Positions 1 to 8,252 of a DNA stretch of 44,781 nucleotides are shown here, piece after piece (position 1 is the stretch's first letter; every line of letters starts with the position of its first letter). Source of the DNA: an uncultured Algimonas sp. (GTDB lineage: Bacteria; Pseudomonadota; Alphaproteobacteria; Caulobacterales; Maricaulaceae). The notes under the pieces are model-generated. The model was given only the letters and a program-made list of their open reading frames with translations. It did no database searches and had not been told where the DNA came from. Where the stretch lies: assembly GCA_964460585.1 (NCBI GenBank), contig CAYWSI010000001.1, positions 1-44,781 on the forward strand. The letters are read 5' to 3'. The position numbers and the translations under genes are program-made.

Positions 1-589
1 GCTTACAGATAAACACGTCGATGATTTTGAGTTCTGGCTCGTCCATGCCGCCGTAAAGGTGGTTTAAGAACATCTCTTTTGTGAGGGTTGTGCCCTTACG
101 CAGAGAGAGTAATTCGAGCATTTGATACTCTTTACCTGTTAGGTGGACGCGATGATCGCCAACTTCGACGGTTTTGGCGTCTAGGTTCACTTTAATGTCG
201 CCTGTCGTGATGATTGACTGGCTGTGACCTTTGGAGCGGCGAACAACGGCGTGAATACGCGCAACAAGTTCATCTTTATGGAAAGGCTTGGTCATAAAGT
301 CGTCAGCGCCGGTCCCCAGACCGCGGACTTTACTGTCAATGTCAGATGTGCCTGACAGAATAAAGATTGGTGTATTAACCTTAGCCATACGCAAAGTCTT
401 CAAAACGTCAAACCCCGGCATATCCGGCAGATTAAGGTCTAGCAGAATGATATCATAATCATAAAGCTTGCCTAAATCGACACCTTCTTCGCCAAGGTCA
501 GTAGTGTAGACGTTAAAACCTTCAGACTTGAGCATCAATTCGATACCTTGCGCCGTGGCCATGTCGTCTTCAATTAGAAGAACCCGCAT
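1..589 (-). CDS. ctrA: Cell-cycle master response regulator CtrA (3' end runs off the window)
   Basis: Manual translation from ATG at 589: [56 protein letters not shown]...; later [19 protein letters not shown] upstream; near sciP and mnmA. Absent from the ORF track because it is truncated. Confidence 0.97.
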   Translation of the reverse strand, partial: MRVLLIEDDMATAQGIELMLKSEGFNVYTTDLGEEGVDLGKLYDYDIILLDLNLPDMPGFDVLKTLRMAKVNTPIFILSGTSDIDSKVRGLGTGADDFMTKPFHKDELVARIHAVVRRSKGHSQSIITTGDIKVNLDAKTVEVGDHRVHLTGKEYQMLELLSLRKGTTLTKEMFLNHLYGGMDEPELKIIDVFICK

Positions 590-935
590 TATTGTCCCCT
601 CCCAGGCGAATCACAGTCTCAAAAATTACGAGACATAGTTAATGGAACCTCTGGATTAGATGTATTCTGTAAATCAAGTGTTAACGACATTAACCAGAGC
701 GTTAAGAAGTTGCAGTGCGGTTTTTCAGATTCGGTTCCGAAACAATCGAGGTTAGCGGATAATCTGCGGATAAACTGGGCTTCATAACTGCTTAACCACG
801 CTTTTTCACTGAACCGTAAACTTAATGGTATAAACAAAGCTTCGAATGATGAGGATGTTCACGGAGAAAACTCTGGAACAGCACCTCAATTTAGATTGTC
901 AGGTATTAGGTGATACCTACTAGGTGGAGAGTAAT
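590..935. promoter_or_regulatory. Divergent ctrA/fliJ regulatory region with a CtrA-like box and GANTC (CcrM) sites
   Basis: TTCA-N7-TTAAC at 781-796 (1 mismatch to TTAA-N7-TTAAC); TTAA half-sites at 681, 690, 702, 822; GAATC 608-612 and GATTC 728-732. Confidence 0.6.
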
Positions 936-1310
936 ATGGCGCATTCAAGCGAACGGAACATCGCAAAGACGAAGTTCCAGATCGAAGATCTTCAAAAGCG
1001 TGTTGCTGTATTAGAAGCAACACGTGAGGATCTCGAACGTCAAATTCGGAAATTGAATGAAAGCGTGCCAGAGGACGAAGTCGCTGCGAACGCTCAGAAA
1101 GAGGGCTATGTTGCTTATGGTAGCTATGCTCAATCTGTTATTGCTCGCAAAGAGAATTTACGCCGTACCTTAGAGGATATTGGCGCGCAAAGCGGTCAAT
1201 TGGCTGGGCAGTTGAAAGTTTCATTGGATGCGCTGGATAGTTTTGAGCGTGTTAAAGCGCGGCGTCTGGCGGCTGAAGCTGAAAAAGCACTTCAACGCAA
1301 GGCAGGCTAA
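936..1310 (+). CDS. fliJ: FliJ-like coiled-coil protein (ctrA-linked alphaproteobacterial family)
   Basis: Helical protein with KFQIEDLQKRV...YVAYGSYAQSVIARKENL pattern resembling ctrA-adjacent FliJ proteins; SD GGAGAG before ATG 936. Confidence 0.65.
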   Translation: MAHSSERNIAKTKFQIEDLQKRVAVLEATREDLERQIRKLNESVPEDEVAANAQKEGYVAYGSYAQSVIARKENLRRTLEDIGAQSGQLAGQLKVSLDALDSFERVKARRLAAEAEKALQRKAG

Positions 1311-1336
1311 GCTCTAATAAGCTGGGGATGTATAAG

Positions 1337-1365
1337 AGGCGGCTCCATTTGGAGCCGCCTTTTTT
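1337..1365 (+). terminator. Rho-independent terminator between convergent fliJ-like and anti-sigma genes
   Basis: AGGCGGCTCC-attt-GGAGCCGCCT followed by a T run. Confidence 0.85.
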
Positions 1366-1441
1366 ATGCGCTATTTTAGCTTTCAAATAAGGTGGTGAGT
1401 GAAAACCTTATATTGGGAGACTGTTTTCTAGGCTGTTCGGC

Positions 1442-1738
1442 TTAGCTGCCCCCGCCTTCAACCCACGCATAGAGGTCAGAAAACCCAGACCCATCTGCGA
1501 TTTGTTCCCAAGCCTCTTCATGTCCATCCTCGCTTGCGGTATTAAATGAAGGTTGCACGAAGAAAATTGTCGCCATAACAGCCATAGCTGCAATGCCGCC
1601 AAGAGACCACCATGGCCGCCGAGACACCGTATCGTTAGCAGGCTCTACCTTATCTGCTGCGGCTAAAATCCGCGCTGATACATCGCCTTGAACTCTAGGT
1701 GCGGGATTCGATTTTAAAAGTGTATCTAGATCGGTCAT
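1442..1738 (-). CDS. Putative single-pass anti-sigma factor
   Basis: ATGA overlap with the ECF sigma stop; short N-terminal DLDTLL..P...SARIL segment, one TM helix (WWSLGGIAAMAVMATIFFV), short acidic/aromatic tail. Confidence 0.7.
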   Translation of the reverse strand: MTDLDTLLKSNPAPRVQGDVSARILAAADKVEPANDTVSRRPWWSLGGIAAMAVMATIFFVQPSFNTASEDGHEEAWEQIADGSGFSDLYAWVEGGGS

Positions 1739-2295
1739 TGTCTAATACTTTCTTTCTCGGGCAGTAAACTTAATTTTAATGCGGTTTTAGCACGGGAGAG
1801 CAAGCTCTCATAAGCTTTTTCTTTTATACCTAATATCGCCGCTCCATCCTTCTGACTTTGATGTTGATAATAGGATAAAACCAACGCTGCGCGTTGCCGT
1901 TCAGGTAAGTTAAGAATAGCGTTTTGTACGCGTTGAGATGTTTCACTTCGAATAAGTTCAATATCCGCGCTAAGGGCTGGGTCCATTTTTTCAGGCACGA
2001 CATCTGTATAAACGGGGCGCATGCGGCGTTTGTCGTCGATGCAGAGCCGGGTCGCGACACGTCTCATCCAGGTTAATATGGTGGCATTGCCATTTTCGTC
2101 CCATTTAGGGGCCGCTTGCCAGAAGCGTAAAAACGTCTCCTGCGCGATATCTTCAGCTTGCGCGCGGTCGCCTGTCATGTGCCAGGCGAGACCGTGGAGC
2201 CGGTCCAAATGCCGGTCCATTAAAGCCGCCAAAGCCGTAGAATGTCCTGCCCGCAATCCGGGCAGGAGGTCGATATCAGGGTCGCGAGCTGGCAC
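1735..2295 (-). CDS. ECF-type RNA polymerase sigma-70 factor
   Basis: Region 2 AEDIAQETFLRFW...WMRRVATRLCID; region 4 LPERQRAALVLSYY...ESLLSRAK; 186 aa. Confidence 0.93.
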   Translation of the reverse strand: MPARDPDIDLLPGLRAGHSTALAALMDRHLDRLHGLAWHMTGDRAQAEDIAQETFLRFWQAAPKWDENGNATILTWMRRVATRLCIDDKRRMRPVYTDVVPEKMDPALSADIELIRSETSQRVQNAILNLPERQRAALVLSYYQHQSQKDGAAILGIKEKAYESLLSRAKTALKLSLLPEKESIRQ

Positions 2296-2940
2296 TTAGC
2301 GACGTGATCTAAAGCCGCGTTTGCCTTTGCGCTTCCGGCCTTCGCCTTCTGTCAAAACACCATCAGCATTGGCATCCATGCGCGTAAAAAGCTGTTCAGA
2401 TATGGCCATATACTCGTCCAGAGAGACTAAGCCGTCCCCATTGGTATCCATCTGCGGACGCTCGGCGCGCTTTCCGCCGCGCTTGCCTTTGCGTCCACCG
2501 CGTTTGTCTCCAATCTCAGCTTTCATCACTGTGCGTTCGGCGTCGCTTAGCGTTCCGTCAAGATTGGTGTCATATTTTTCCATGACTTCTGCACGGCGTG
2601 ATTCCATTTGGGATTTACGCTCTTCCATGTGCGCTTTGCGTTTTTCACTACCGGCATCGACTTCATCACGGGATAGTAACCCATCGCCATTTGCATCGAG
2701 CTTAGAAAAGCGTTGGTCTTTGCGATTTTGGCGTTCCGCTTCTTTATGCGTCTTGCGCTCGTCTTCGCTTAGGAAGCCGTCATTATTCGCATCAGTTGCG
2801 TAGAAACGCGATTCTGCGGCCTGGGTGAATTCGGCCTTAGACACTTCACCATCTTGGTTTAAGTCGGCCTTAGGGCCAGCCGCAATGAGTAGGGCGGCGC
2901 CAGAGGCGAGTAAGACGGTTTTTAATAAAGTACGTGTCAT
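2296..2940 (-). CDS. Secreted protein with six EF-hand loops
   Basis: Signal-peptide-like N-terminus; loops DLNQDGEVSKAE, DANNDGFLSEDE, DANGDGLLSRDE, DTNLDGTLSDAE, DTNGDGLVSLDE, DANADGVLTEGE; SD AAGGAG. Confidence 0.9.
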   Translation of the reverse strand: MTRTLLKTVLLASGAALLIAAGPKADLNQDGEVSKAEFTQAAESRFYATDANNDGFLSEDERKTHKEAERQNRKDQRFSKLDANGDGLLSRDEVDAGSEKRKAHMEERKSQMESRRAEVMEKYDTNLDGTLSDAERTVMKAEIGDKRGGRKGKRGGKRAERPQMDTNGDGLVSLDEYMAISEQLFTRMDANADGVLTEGEGRKRKGKRGFRSRR

Positions 2941-2970
2941 AATGTGTCTCCTTTAAGGGGTTTACACTAA

Positions 2971-3000
2971 TATACACGGTTATAGGAGAAAAATCCTTCG
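2971..3000 (-). promoter_or_regulatory. Candidate autoregulatory ECF promoter
   Basis: Minus strand CGAAGG-N15-CCGTGTATA, 30 nt upstream of the EF-hand start; resembles CnrH-type promoters (-10 CCGTATA). Confidence 0.5.
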
Positions 3001-3014
3001 CAGATTCCCAATTT

Positions 3015-3752
3015 TTAAGCTGTTGCTCGCGCAGCCATATGACGGCGCATTTGTTCCAGAAGTCTTGCCTCAATATGCAAATCATCAGAGTGACCCGTAT
3101 AATGCGGGGGAGCCCCTAGATAGTCCCTGACCGTTTCAGAGAGCATGTGGGCCGTTTCAACGGCGTCGCATTTCTGGCCTGTCGAGATTATGAGCGGATC
3201 ATAATTTGGGCTTCGGCGACGGATAGCATCCATCATCCAATAGGCCCGCATAAATTGGTCACCATCAGTATCATAGGATATCGTAGAGAGGTCTGAGGCT
3301 TGGCCAAGCTGCACATGCCCTGTTTCACAACCAGCCTGTGGCACCACAAAAACCCAATCATAGGAGAGGGACATTGCGGTGATGAGGCCCATTGTGGTCT
3401 CCAAGCTGTCTTCACCTATGGCCGCGATTGTGAAATGTTCATTAGATGTCACATAGAGCGTATCTCGCAGCGAGGCAGCGTCATTCATGACGTCAGTCAG
3501 TGTACGGGCGTAGATAACCCCAGCGCGGTCCATCAAAGTTCCGTCAACTGCGTCTAAGATGAGAACGGTTTCGCCTAAACTTGCCGCTTTACGTCCTAAT
3601 TTTAGAGCGAAGTCGCATGTCGTTTCAGCCTCACCACTTGCTGTAAACAAGCTGACAAGTTGGCAAGCTGGCTCATAAGAAATCGATTTTAGTCGATCTT
3701 CTTGAGACACTGAGGATGTCAAATTATAACGGGGCATATCGCCCTTTCCCAT
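3015..3752 (-). CDS. Degenerate FlhG/FleN/MinD-like P-loop-fold protein
   Basis: LGETVLILDA, YDWVFV, AYWMMDAIR and VRDYLGAPPHYTG align by eye to FlhG blocks, but the Walker A position reads TASGEAETT. Confidence 0.6.
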   Translation of the reverse strand: MGKGDMPRYNLTSSVSQEDRLKSISYEPACQLVSLFTASGEAETTCDFALKLGRKAASLGETVLILDAVDGTLMDRAGVIYARTLTDVMNDAASLRDTLYVTSNEHFTIAAIGEDSLETTMGLITAMSLSYDWVFVVPQAGCETGHVQLGQASDLSTISYDTDGDQFMRAYWMMDAIRRRSPNYDPLIISTGQKCDAVETAHMLSETVRDYLGAPPHYTGHSDDLHIEARLLEQMRRHMAARATA

Positions 3753-3830
3753 TTACCTAATTTCTCTCGGGTCTTTGCCCGTTTGATCTAACTATAAGGC
3801 GCGCACCCTAAAGTTTGACAAAGAAGCGTG

Positions 3831-3845
3831 GTAAATACCGATTAA
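3831..3845. promoter_or_regulatory. CtrA-like box upstream of the FlhG-like gene
   Basis: GTAA-ataccga-TTAA (minus strand TTAA-N7-TTAC), 1 mismatch. Confidence 0.5.
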
Positions 3846-3899
3846 TTTCGGGTTGCCAAAGTCTTAAGCTCTGCAAGTGGGTGGGCGAGTTTTAAGCAT

Positions 3900-3941
3900 A
3901 AAAAAACCGCCTTGTGATCGAATACACAAGGCGGCTTTTTT
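3900..3941. terminator. Terminator downstream of sciP (bidirectional form)
   Basis: A7-CCGCCTTGTG-atcgaata-CACAAGGCGG-c-T6. Confidence 0.85.
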
Positions 3942-3958
3942 GAAATTTGTAAAAAACT

Positions 3959-4231
3959 CTAGCGGTATTGCTGAACGCGCGTTGTTCTCAATCCGGCGAT
4001 GCCGTGGCTTTCAATAGAGCGCTGCCACGCCATAAATTCCTCTGCGGAGAGGCCGTAACGCTCCAAAGCGCCATCCAACGTGAGGAGTCCGCCGCGGACG
4101 GCTGCGACAACTTCTGCCTTACGACGAATAACCCACCGCACCGTATTTGGCTTTGGGAGGTCAGCCAGAGTGAGGGGGGTTCCCTCTGGTCCGATAACGA
4201 CGTTTTCTCGTTTTATTTTACGTTCAATCAT
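3959..4231 (-). CDS. sciP: CtrA inhibitor SciP (DUF1153)
   Basis: VIGPEGTPLTLADLP..T.RWVIRRKAEVVAAVRGGLL...GLRTTRVQQYR. ATG at 4231 preferred; GTG at 4246 possible. Confidence 0.95.
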   Translation of the reverse strand: MIERKIKRENVVIGPEGTPLTLADLPKPNTVRWVIRRKAEVVAAVRGGLLTLDGALERYGLSAEEFMAWQRSIESHGIAGLRTTRVQQYR

Positions 4232-4305
4232 TAGTTTTATGCCCACTCTTATGATCTTTTAAATTTGACCCACATTGTTCTGCTATTCTGTATGCTCCAA
4301 GTGTC

Positions 4306-4321
4306 TTAAAAACAGTTTAAC
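4306..4321. promoter_or_regulatory. Perfect CtrA box upstream of sciP
   Basis: TTAA-aaacagt-TTAAC; nearby GANTC sites at 4369, 4417 and 4426. Confidence 0.8.
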
Positions 4322-4522
4322 TGAACCTAAAAAAACTGTTTAAATACAAATGTTTACGAAGGTTAATGGAATCAGAATTATTGTTAATAATCCTTTACAC
4401 GTATCGGCACCGACTTGATTCTATTGACTCTTTTGTCAGCGGTGCCTGCGGCCAATGTATCGACTTGAGACAGAACGCCCCCTATATCGCCCGCAAAAGA
4501 TATTGATTTTTTTTTGGAAGTG

Positions 4523-5677
4523 ATGGCGAAAAACGCGAAAAATCGAAAAAATTCGCTCGGATTCAAGAAATCTGAAGGCGAAACACGGGTTGTCGTTGCC
4601 ATGAGCGGCGGGGTGGATAGCTCTGTTTGTGCGGCGCTTCTGGCGCGTGAAGGCTATGACGTCATTGGCGTGACCCTGCAGCTCTATGATCATGGGGCGG
4701 CTATTCAAAAAGCCAAGGCCTGTTGTGCGGGCCAAGATATCTATGACGCCAAGCGCGTCGCGGAGATGCACGGCTTCCCGCATTATGTTTTGGATTATGA
4801 GAGCAATTTTCGCGAGAAAGTCATTGAGGATTTCGCCGATACCTATCTGAAAGGCGCGACGCCTATTCCTTGCGTGCGCTGTAATCAGACCGTCAAGTTT
4901 AAAGACCTACTCGAGGTCGCGCGGGACTTAGGCGCAGATTGTATGGCGACGGGCCATTATATAAAGCGGGTCGAGGGCGAGAATGGCCCCGAGCTTCACC
5001 GCGCTTATGATGGCGGGAAAGATCAGTCCTATTTCCTTTTTGCAACAACGCGCGATCAATTGGATTTTCTGCGCTTTCCTCTCGGTCATATGGATAAGAC
5101 GGAAACACGGCGTTTGGCGGTTGAGCTGGGCCTGAATGTGGCGAGCAAGCCGGATAGCCAGGATATTTGTTTCGTGCCGACGGGAAAATATACGGACGTT
5201 ATTGAGAAAATCCGCCCCGAAGCGGCCAAGCCTGGCAATATTGTGCATATGGATGGCACTATATTGGGACAACACCGCGGCGTTATGTATTACACGATTG
5301 GGCAAAGGCGCGGTCTGGGCCTGAAAGACGGCTCAGGCGCTGACCCGCTCTTTGTGGTCGCGATAGATGCCGAGACACGGCAAGTCATTGTTGGTCCGCG
5401 TGATGCGCTCGAGCGCGATACGCTTTGGTTGGAAGATATGAATTGGCTAGGTGAGGGGACATATGGCGCGCATTTGGACGGCACGAAAATCCGCGTGAAA
5501 GTCCGCTCGACTCGCCCGCCAGCCCCTGCGCAGATAAAGCTCATTGGAAATGAGCTCGCTGTTGTGTTGGAAAATTCCGATATTGGCCTCTCGCCTGGGC
5601 AAGCCTGCGTCTTTTATGAGGACCGCAATGATGCGGCGCGCACATTAGGCGGCGGCTGGATTACCCGCACAGCTTAA
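4523..5677 (+). CDS. mnmA: tRNA 2-thiouridine(34) synthase
   Basis: [56 protein letters not shown]. Confidence 0.97.
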   Translation: MAKNAKNRKNSLGFKKSEGETRVVVAMSGGVDSSVCAALLAREGYDVIGVTLQLYDHGAAIQKAKACCAGQDIYDAKRVAEMHGFPHYVLDYESNFREKVIEDFADTYLKGATPIPCVRCNQTVKFKDLLEVARDLGADCMATGHYIKRVEGENGPELHRAYDGGKDQSYFLFATTRDQLDFLRFPLGHMDKTETRRLAVELGLNVASKPDSQDICFVPTGKYTDVIEKIRPEAAKPGNIVHMDGTILGQHRGVMYYTIGQRRGLGLKDGSGADPLFVVAIDAETRQVIVGPRDALERDTLWLEDMNWLGEGTYGAHLDGTKIRVKVRSTRPPAPAQIKLIGNELAVVLENSDIGLSPGQACVFYEDRNDAARTLGGGWITRTA

Positions 5678-5761
5678 CAACAGGTAAATTACAACCCCGT
5701 AACTGGCCCTCCACGCGAATTTTGCCTAAGCGACCCCCTTAAACCATATATGGAGGGTCCT

Positions 5762-5965
5762 ATGGCCGTAATGAAAACAATCGAAGTATTGAGCGAAAGC
5801 AGCAAGTCATTTGAAGACGCAATTGAAAACGCTGTTGAGCGGACAGGTAAAACTGTGAAAAATATTCGCTCTGCCTATGTCAATGAAATGTCGACATCTA
5901 TTAAGGGCACGAAAATTGATAAGTATCGCGTAAATGTGAAGATCACTTTTGAAGTTGGCGCTTAA
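5762..5965 (+). CDS. Dodecin family protein
   Basis: K.IEV...S..SFEDAI.NAV.R..KT..NIRSAYV...YRVNVKITF; SD GGAGG. Confidence 0.88.
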   Translation: MAVMKTIEVLSESSKSFEDAIENAVERTGKTVKNIRSAYVNEMSTSIKGTKIDKYRVNVKITFEVGA

Positions 5966-5996
5966 TTCACAGCTAAATATCTTGAATATTATGCCG

Positions 5997-6027
5997 AGGC
6001 CGCGCAGTTATGCTGTGTGGCCTTTTT
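5997..6027 (+). terminator. Rho-independent terminator
   Basis: AGGCCGCGCAG-ttatg-CTGTGTGGCCT-TTTT (with G-U pairs). Confidence 0.7.
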
Positions 6028-6047
6028 AGTTATCACAGGAAACCGCA

Positions 6048-6245
6048 ATGACTGATACAACCGTTTATGTCGTCACAGCCGTGCTCGCGATTATTGCCGT
6101 TGTTATGTTCATGCGGTCCAGTTCATCTCGGTCCCTGACTGAACAAAAGCAAGCCGAAGTCAGGCGTAAACGCGCACAGCTTATGGCGAAACGAAAAGCG
6201 GAGGCGGCAGAGGCCGCAAAGGAAATCGCAGACACGCAAAATTAA
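6048..6245 (+). CDS. Small membrane-anchored hypothetical protein
   Basis: SD AGGA; N-terminal TM helix followed by a charged helix; fills the intergenic gap. Confidence 0.7.
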   Translation: MTDTTVYVVTAVLAIIAVVMFMRSSSSRSLTEQKQAEVRRKRAQLMAKRKAEAAEAAKEIADTQN

Positions 6246-6328
6246 ACCTGCAATCAGAGTGAACTCCTGCTAGTAATTCTGCGTCGTCATAGATAAGTTT
6301 CAGGCCGAACTTATTGAAAGGCTATACC

Positions 6329-7510
6329 ATGTCCGCAGATTCCGTTGTTATTGTTGGTCTTGCCCGAACGCCAATGGGCGCGTTCCAAGGCGCATTTTCC
6401 ACTGTCACTGCGCCGCAGCTCGGCTCTGCCGCGATTAAGGCGGCTTTAGAAGAAGCCAAAATTGGCGGCTCTGATGTCGACCAAGTTCTCATGGGCTGCG
6501 TGCTGCCTGCGGGTCAGGGGCAAGCGCCTGCACGTCAAGCCGCGCTGGGTGCAGATTTGCCGCTCTCCGCAGAAGCCACCACCGTCAATAAAATGTGCGG
6601 TTCGGGCATGCAGGCCGCGATTATGGCGCATGACGCGATTAAAGCCGGCTCCATTGATGTCGCCGTTGCGGGCGGCATGGAGAGCATGACCAATGCGCCT
6701 TATCTTCTTCCCAAAGCGCGCGGCGGTATGCGCATGGGCGACCAGCAAGTTGTCGACTCCATGATGTATGACGGCCTGACCGATGCTTATGCAGGCGGCG
6801 CGATGGGCGTCTTCGCCGATGAGATTGCCTCCGAATATCAATTCACCCGCGAGCAGCAAGATGCCTATGCCATCGAATCTGTGCGCCGCGCGCAGGCGGC
6901 CGAAGCTGATGGTAAATTTGACCGCGAGATGACGCCTGTGACGGTCAAGGGCCGCAAAGGCGATACCATCGTTGAAAAAGACGAAGGCCCGTCCAATGCA
7001 CGGCCAGAGAAAATACCGTCGCTGCGCGCTGTCTTCACCAAAGACGGCACGGTCACAGCGGCCAATGCCAGTTCCATTAATGACGGGGCCGCTGCGCTCG
7101 TTCTCATGCGCCGCAAAGATGCGGAAAAAGGCGGCCATAAGGTCCTCGCCGAAATCGTCTCTCACGCGGCTCATGCGCATGAGCCTGCCAAATTTACAAC
7201 AGCGCCTGTTTATGCGATGAAGAAAGCCCTCAAGAAAGCGGGCTGGAAAGCGGATGATGTCGAGCTCTGGGAAATTAATGAGGCCTTCGCCGTTGTCCCG
7301 ATGATTGCCATGCAAGAGCTTGGCCTCGACCACGGCAAAGTCAATGTAAATGGCGGCGGCTGCGTGCTCGGTCACCCCATCGGCGCCTCAGGCGCGCGGA
7401 TTATGGCGACGCTGATTGCAGAAATGGAAAAGCGCGACGCCAAAACAGGCCTCGCCTCTCTCTGTATTGGCGGCGGTGAGGCGACAGCTGTTTGTTTGAA
7501 GCGGGATTAG
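6329..7510 (+). CDS. Acetyl-CoA C-acyltransferase (thiolase)
   Basis: NKMCGSG, NEAF, GHPIGASG, SLCIGGG motifs. Confidence 0.95.
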   Translation: MSADSVVIVGLARTPMGAFQGAFSTVTAPQLGSAAIKAALEEAKIGGSDVDQVLMGCVLPAGQGQAPARQAALGADLPLSAEATTVNKMCGSGMQAAIMAHDAIKAGSIDVAVAGGMESMTNAPYLLPKARGGMRMGDQQVVDSMMYDGLTDAYAGGAMGVFADEIASEYQFTREQQDAYAIESVRRAQAAEADGKFDREMTPVTVKGRKGDTIVEKDEGPSNARPEKIPSLRAVFTKDGTVTAANASSINDGAAALVLMRRKDAEKGGHKVLAEIVSHAAHAHEPAKFTTAPVYAMKKALKKAGWKADDVELWEINEAFAVVPMIAMQELGLDHGKVNVNGGGCVLGHPIGASGARIMATLIAEMEKRDAKTGLASLCIGGGEATAVCLKRD

Positions 7511-7556
7511 GTGGGGCTGGGGCTTTTTGTTTACTCAAATATAACGAATAGACCTC

Positions 7557-8054
7557 GTGGCCAAAGAGAAACCCCTGTTAAAAATATATGCAGACCAGAA
7601 AGCGTCTCATCGGTCTTTGATTGGCATGACGCGAAGTGCCAGAATTTACGGATTTTTAGCTTTCGGTTTTGGGGTTGTGCTAGCTTACCTTATTGTAAAT
7701 GAGATTGCGGGTTTTACAGCTCTATTTTCATTTTTGTGTCTCTTATCGGCAGGTATGAGTTGGCTGTCTTATCACTCCATCTCAGGCTACCGGGAAGAAT
7801 ACCAGAAACTACCTTTGCTCTATAGTTTTTATACGGATGGTTTTATCTCTCATCGGGGAGAACAAAAATATTCTTGGGAGCACATCGCGAAGTTACATTA
7901 TTCCGGAAAACACATTTTATTTGAAATGAGCCGTAACCCCCACAAGACAGCTAAATTGACAACTCTAAATATTTCGCCCGCGTCCATTTCTCTTATTCTA
8001 CGCCATTTAAAAATGCATGCTCCAGATAAATTAACTAGAAAGATAGTGCTTTAA
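7557..8054 (+). CDS. Hypothetical 2-TM protein with a possible YcxB/PH-like soluble domain; AT-rich
   Basis: Two hydrophobic helices, then F.TDG.......YSWEHI pattern; visibly lower GC than neighbours. Confidence 0.6.
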   Translation: MAKEKPLLKIYADQKASHRSLIGMTRSARIYGFLAFGFGVVLAYLIVNEIAGFTALFSFLCLLSAGMSWLSYHSISGYREEYQKLPLLYSFYTDGFISHRGEQKYSWEHIAKLHYSGKHILFEMSRNPHKTAKLTTLNISPASISLILRHLKMHAPDKLTRKIVL

Positions 8055-8252
8055 GCGGAACCGCTAGACAGGTTTTCTTCAGTCAGCACGTCTATGTTGC
8101 TTTAGACTCCATGGAATGTAACCAGAGTCCTATTTTAACCAATTATAATTTAACTTCAACAGAGGTAGTTAGGGATGATGCATGTTTGCAAGTAACTTGG
8201 CCAAGCGAGTGGCCAAGTGGTTTTCGAATGTAAGAGGTTCGGTTTTTAGAAC

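Noticed and set aside
681-705. Three TTAA half-sites upstream of ctrA as a canonical CtrA box
   Set aside because: Spacings are N5 and N8, not N7; kept only as half-sites.
619-837. 72-aa minus-strand ORF upstream of ctrA
   Set aside because: Lies in the promoter region, with no recognisable motif or SD.
2296-2940. EF-hand protein as lanmodulin
   Set aside because: Six loops without the position-2 Pro, larger size, and no xox/lut genes nearby.
5678-5760. Possible tRNA next to mnmA
   Set aside because: No cloverleaf or T-loop (GTTCGA) signature.
6446-7375. 309-aa antisense ORF over the thiolase gene (and many similar shadow ORFs)
   Set aside because: Typical antisense open frame caused by codon bias; no motifs.
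8111-8233. 40-codon plus-strand ORF
   Set aside because: No SD and no recognisable features; probably chance.
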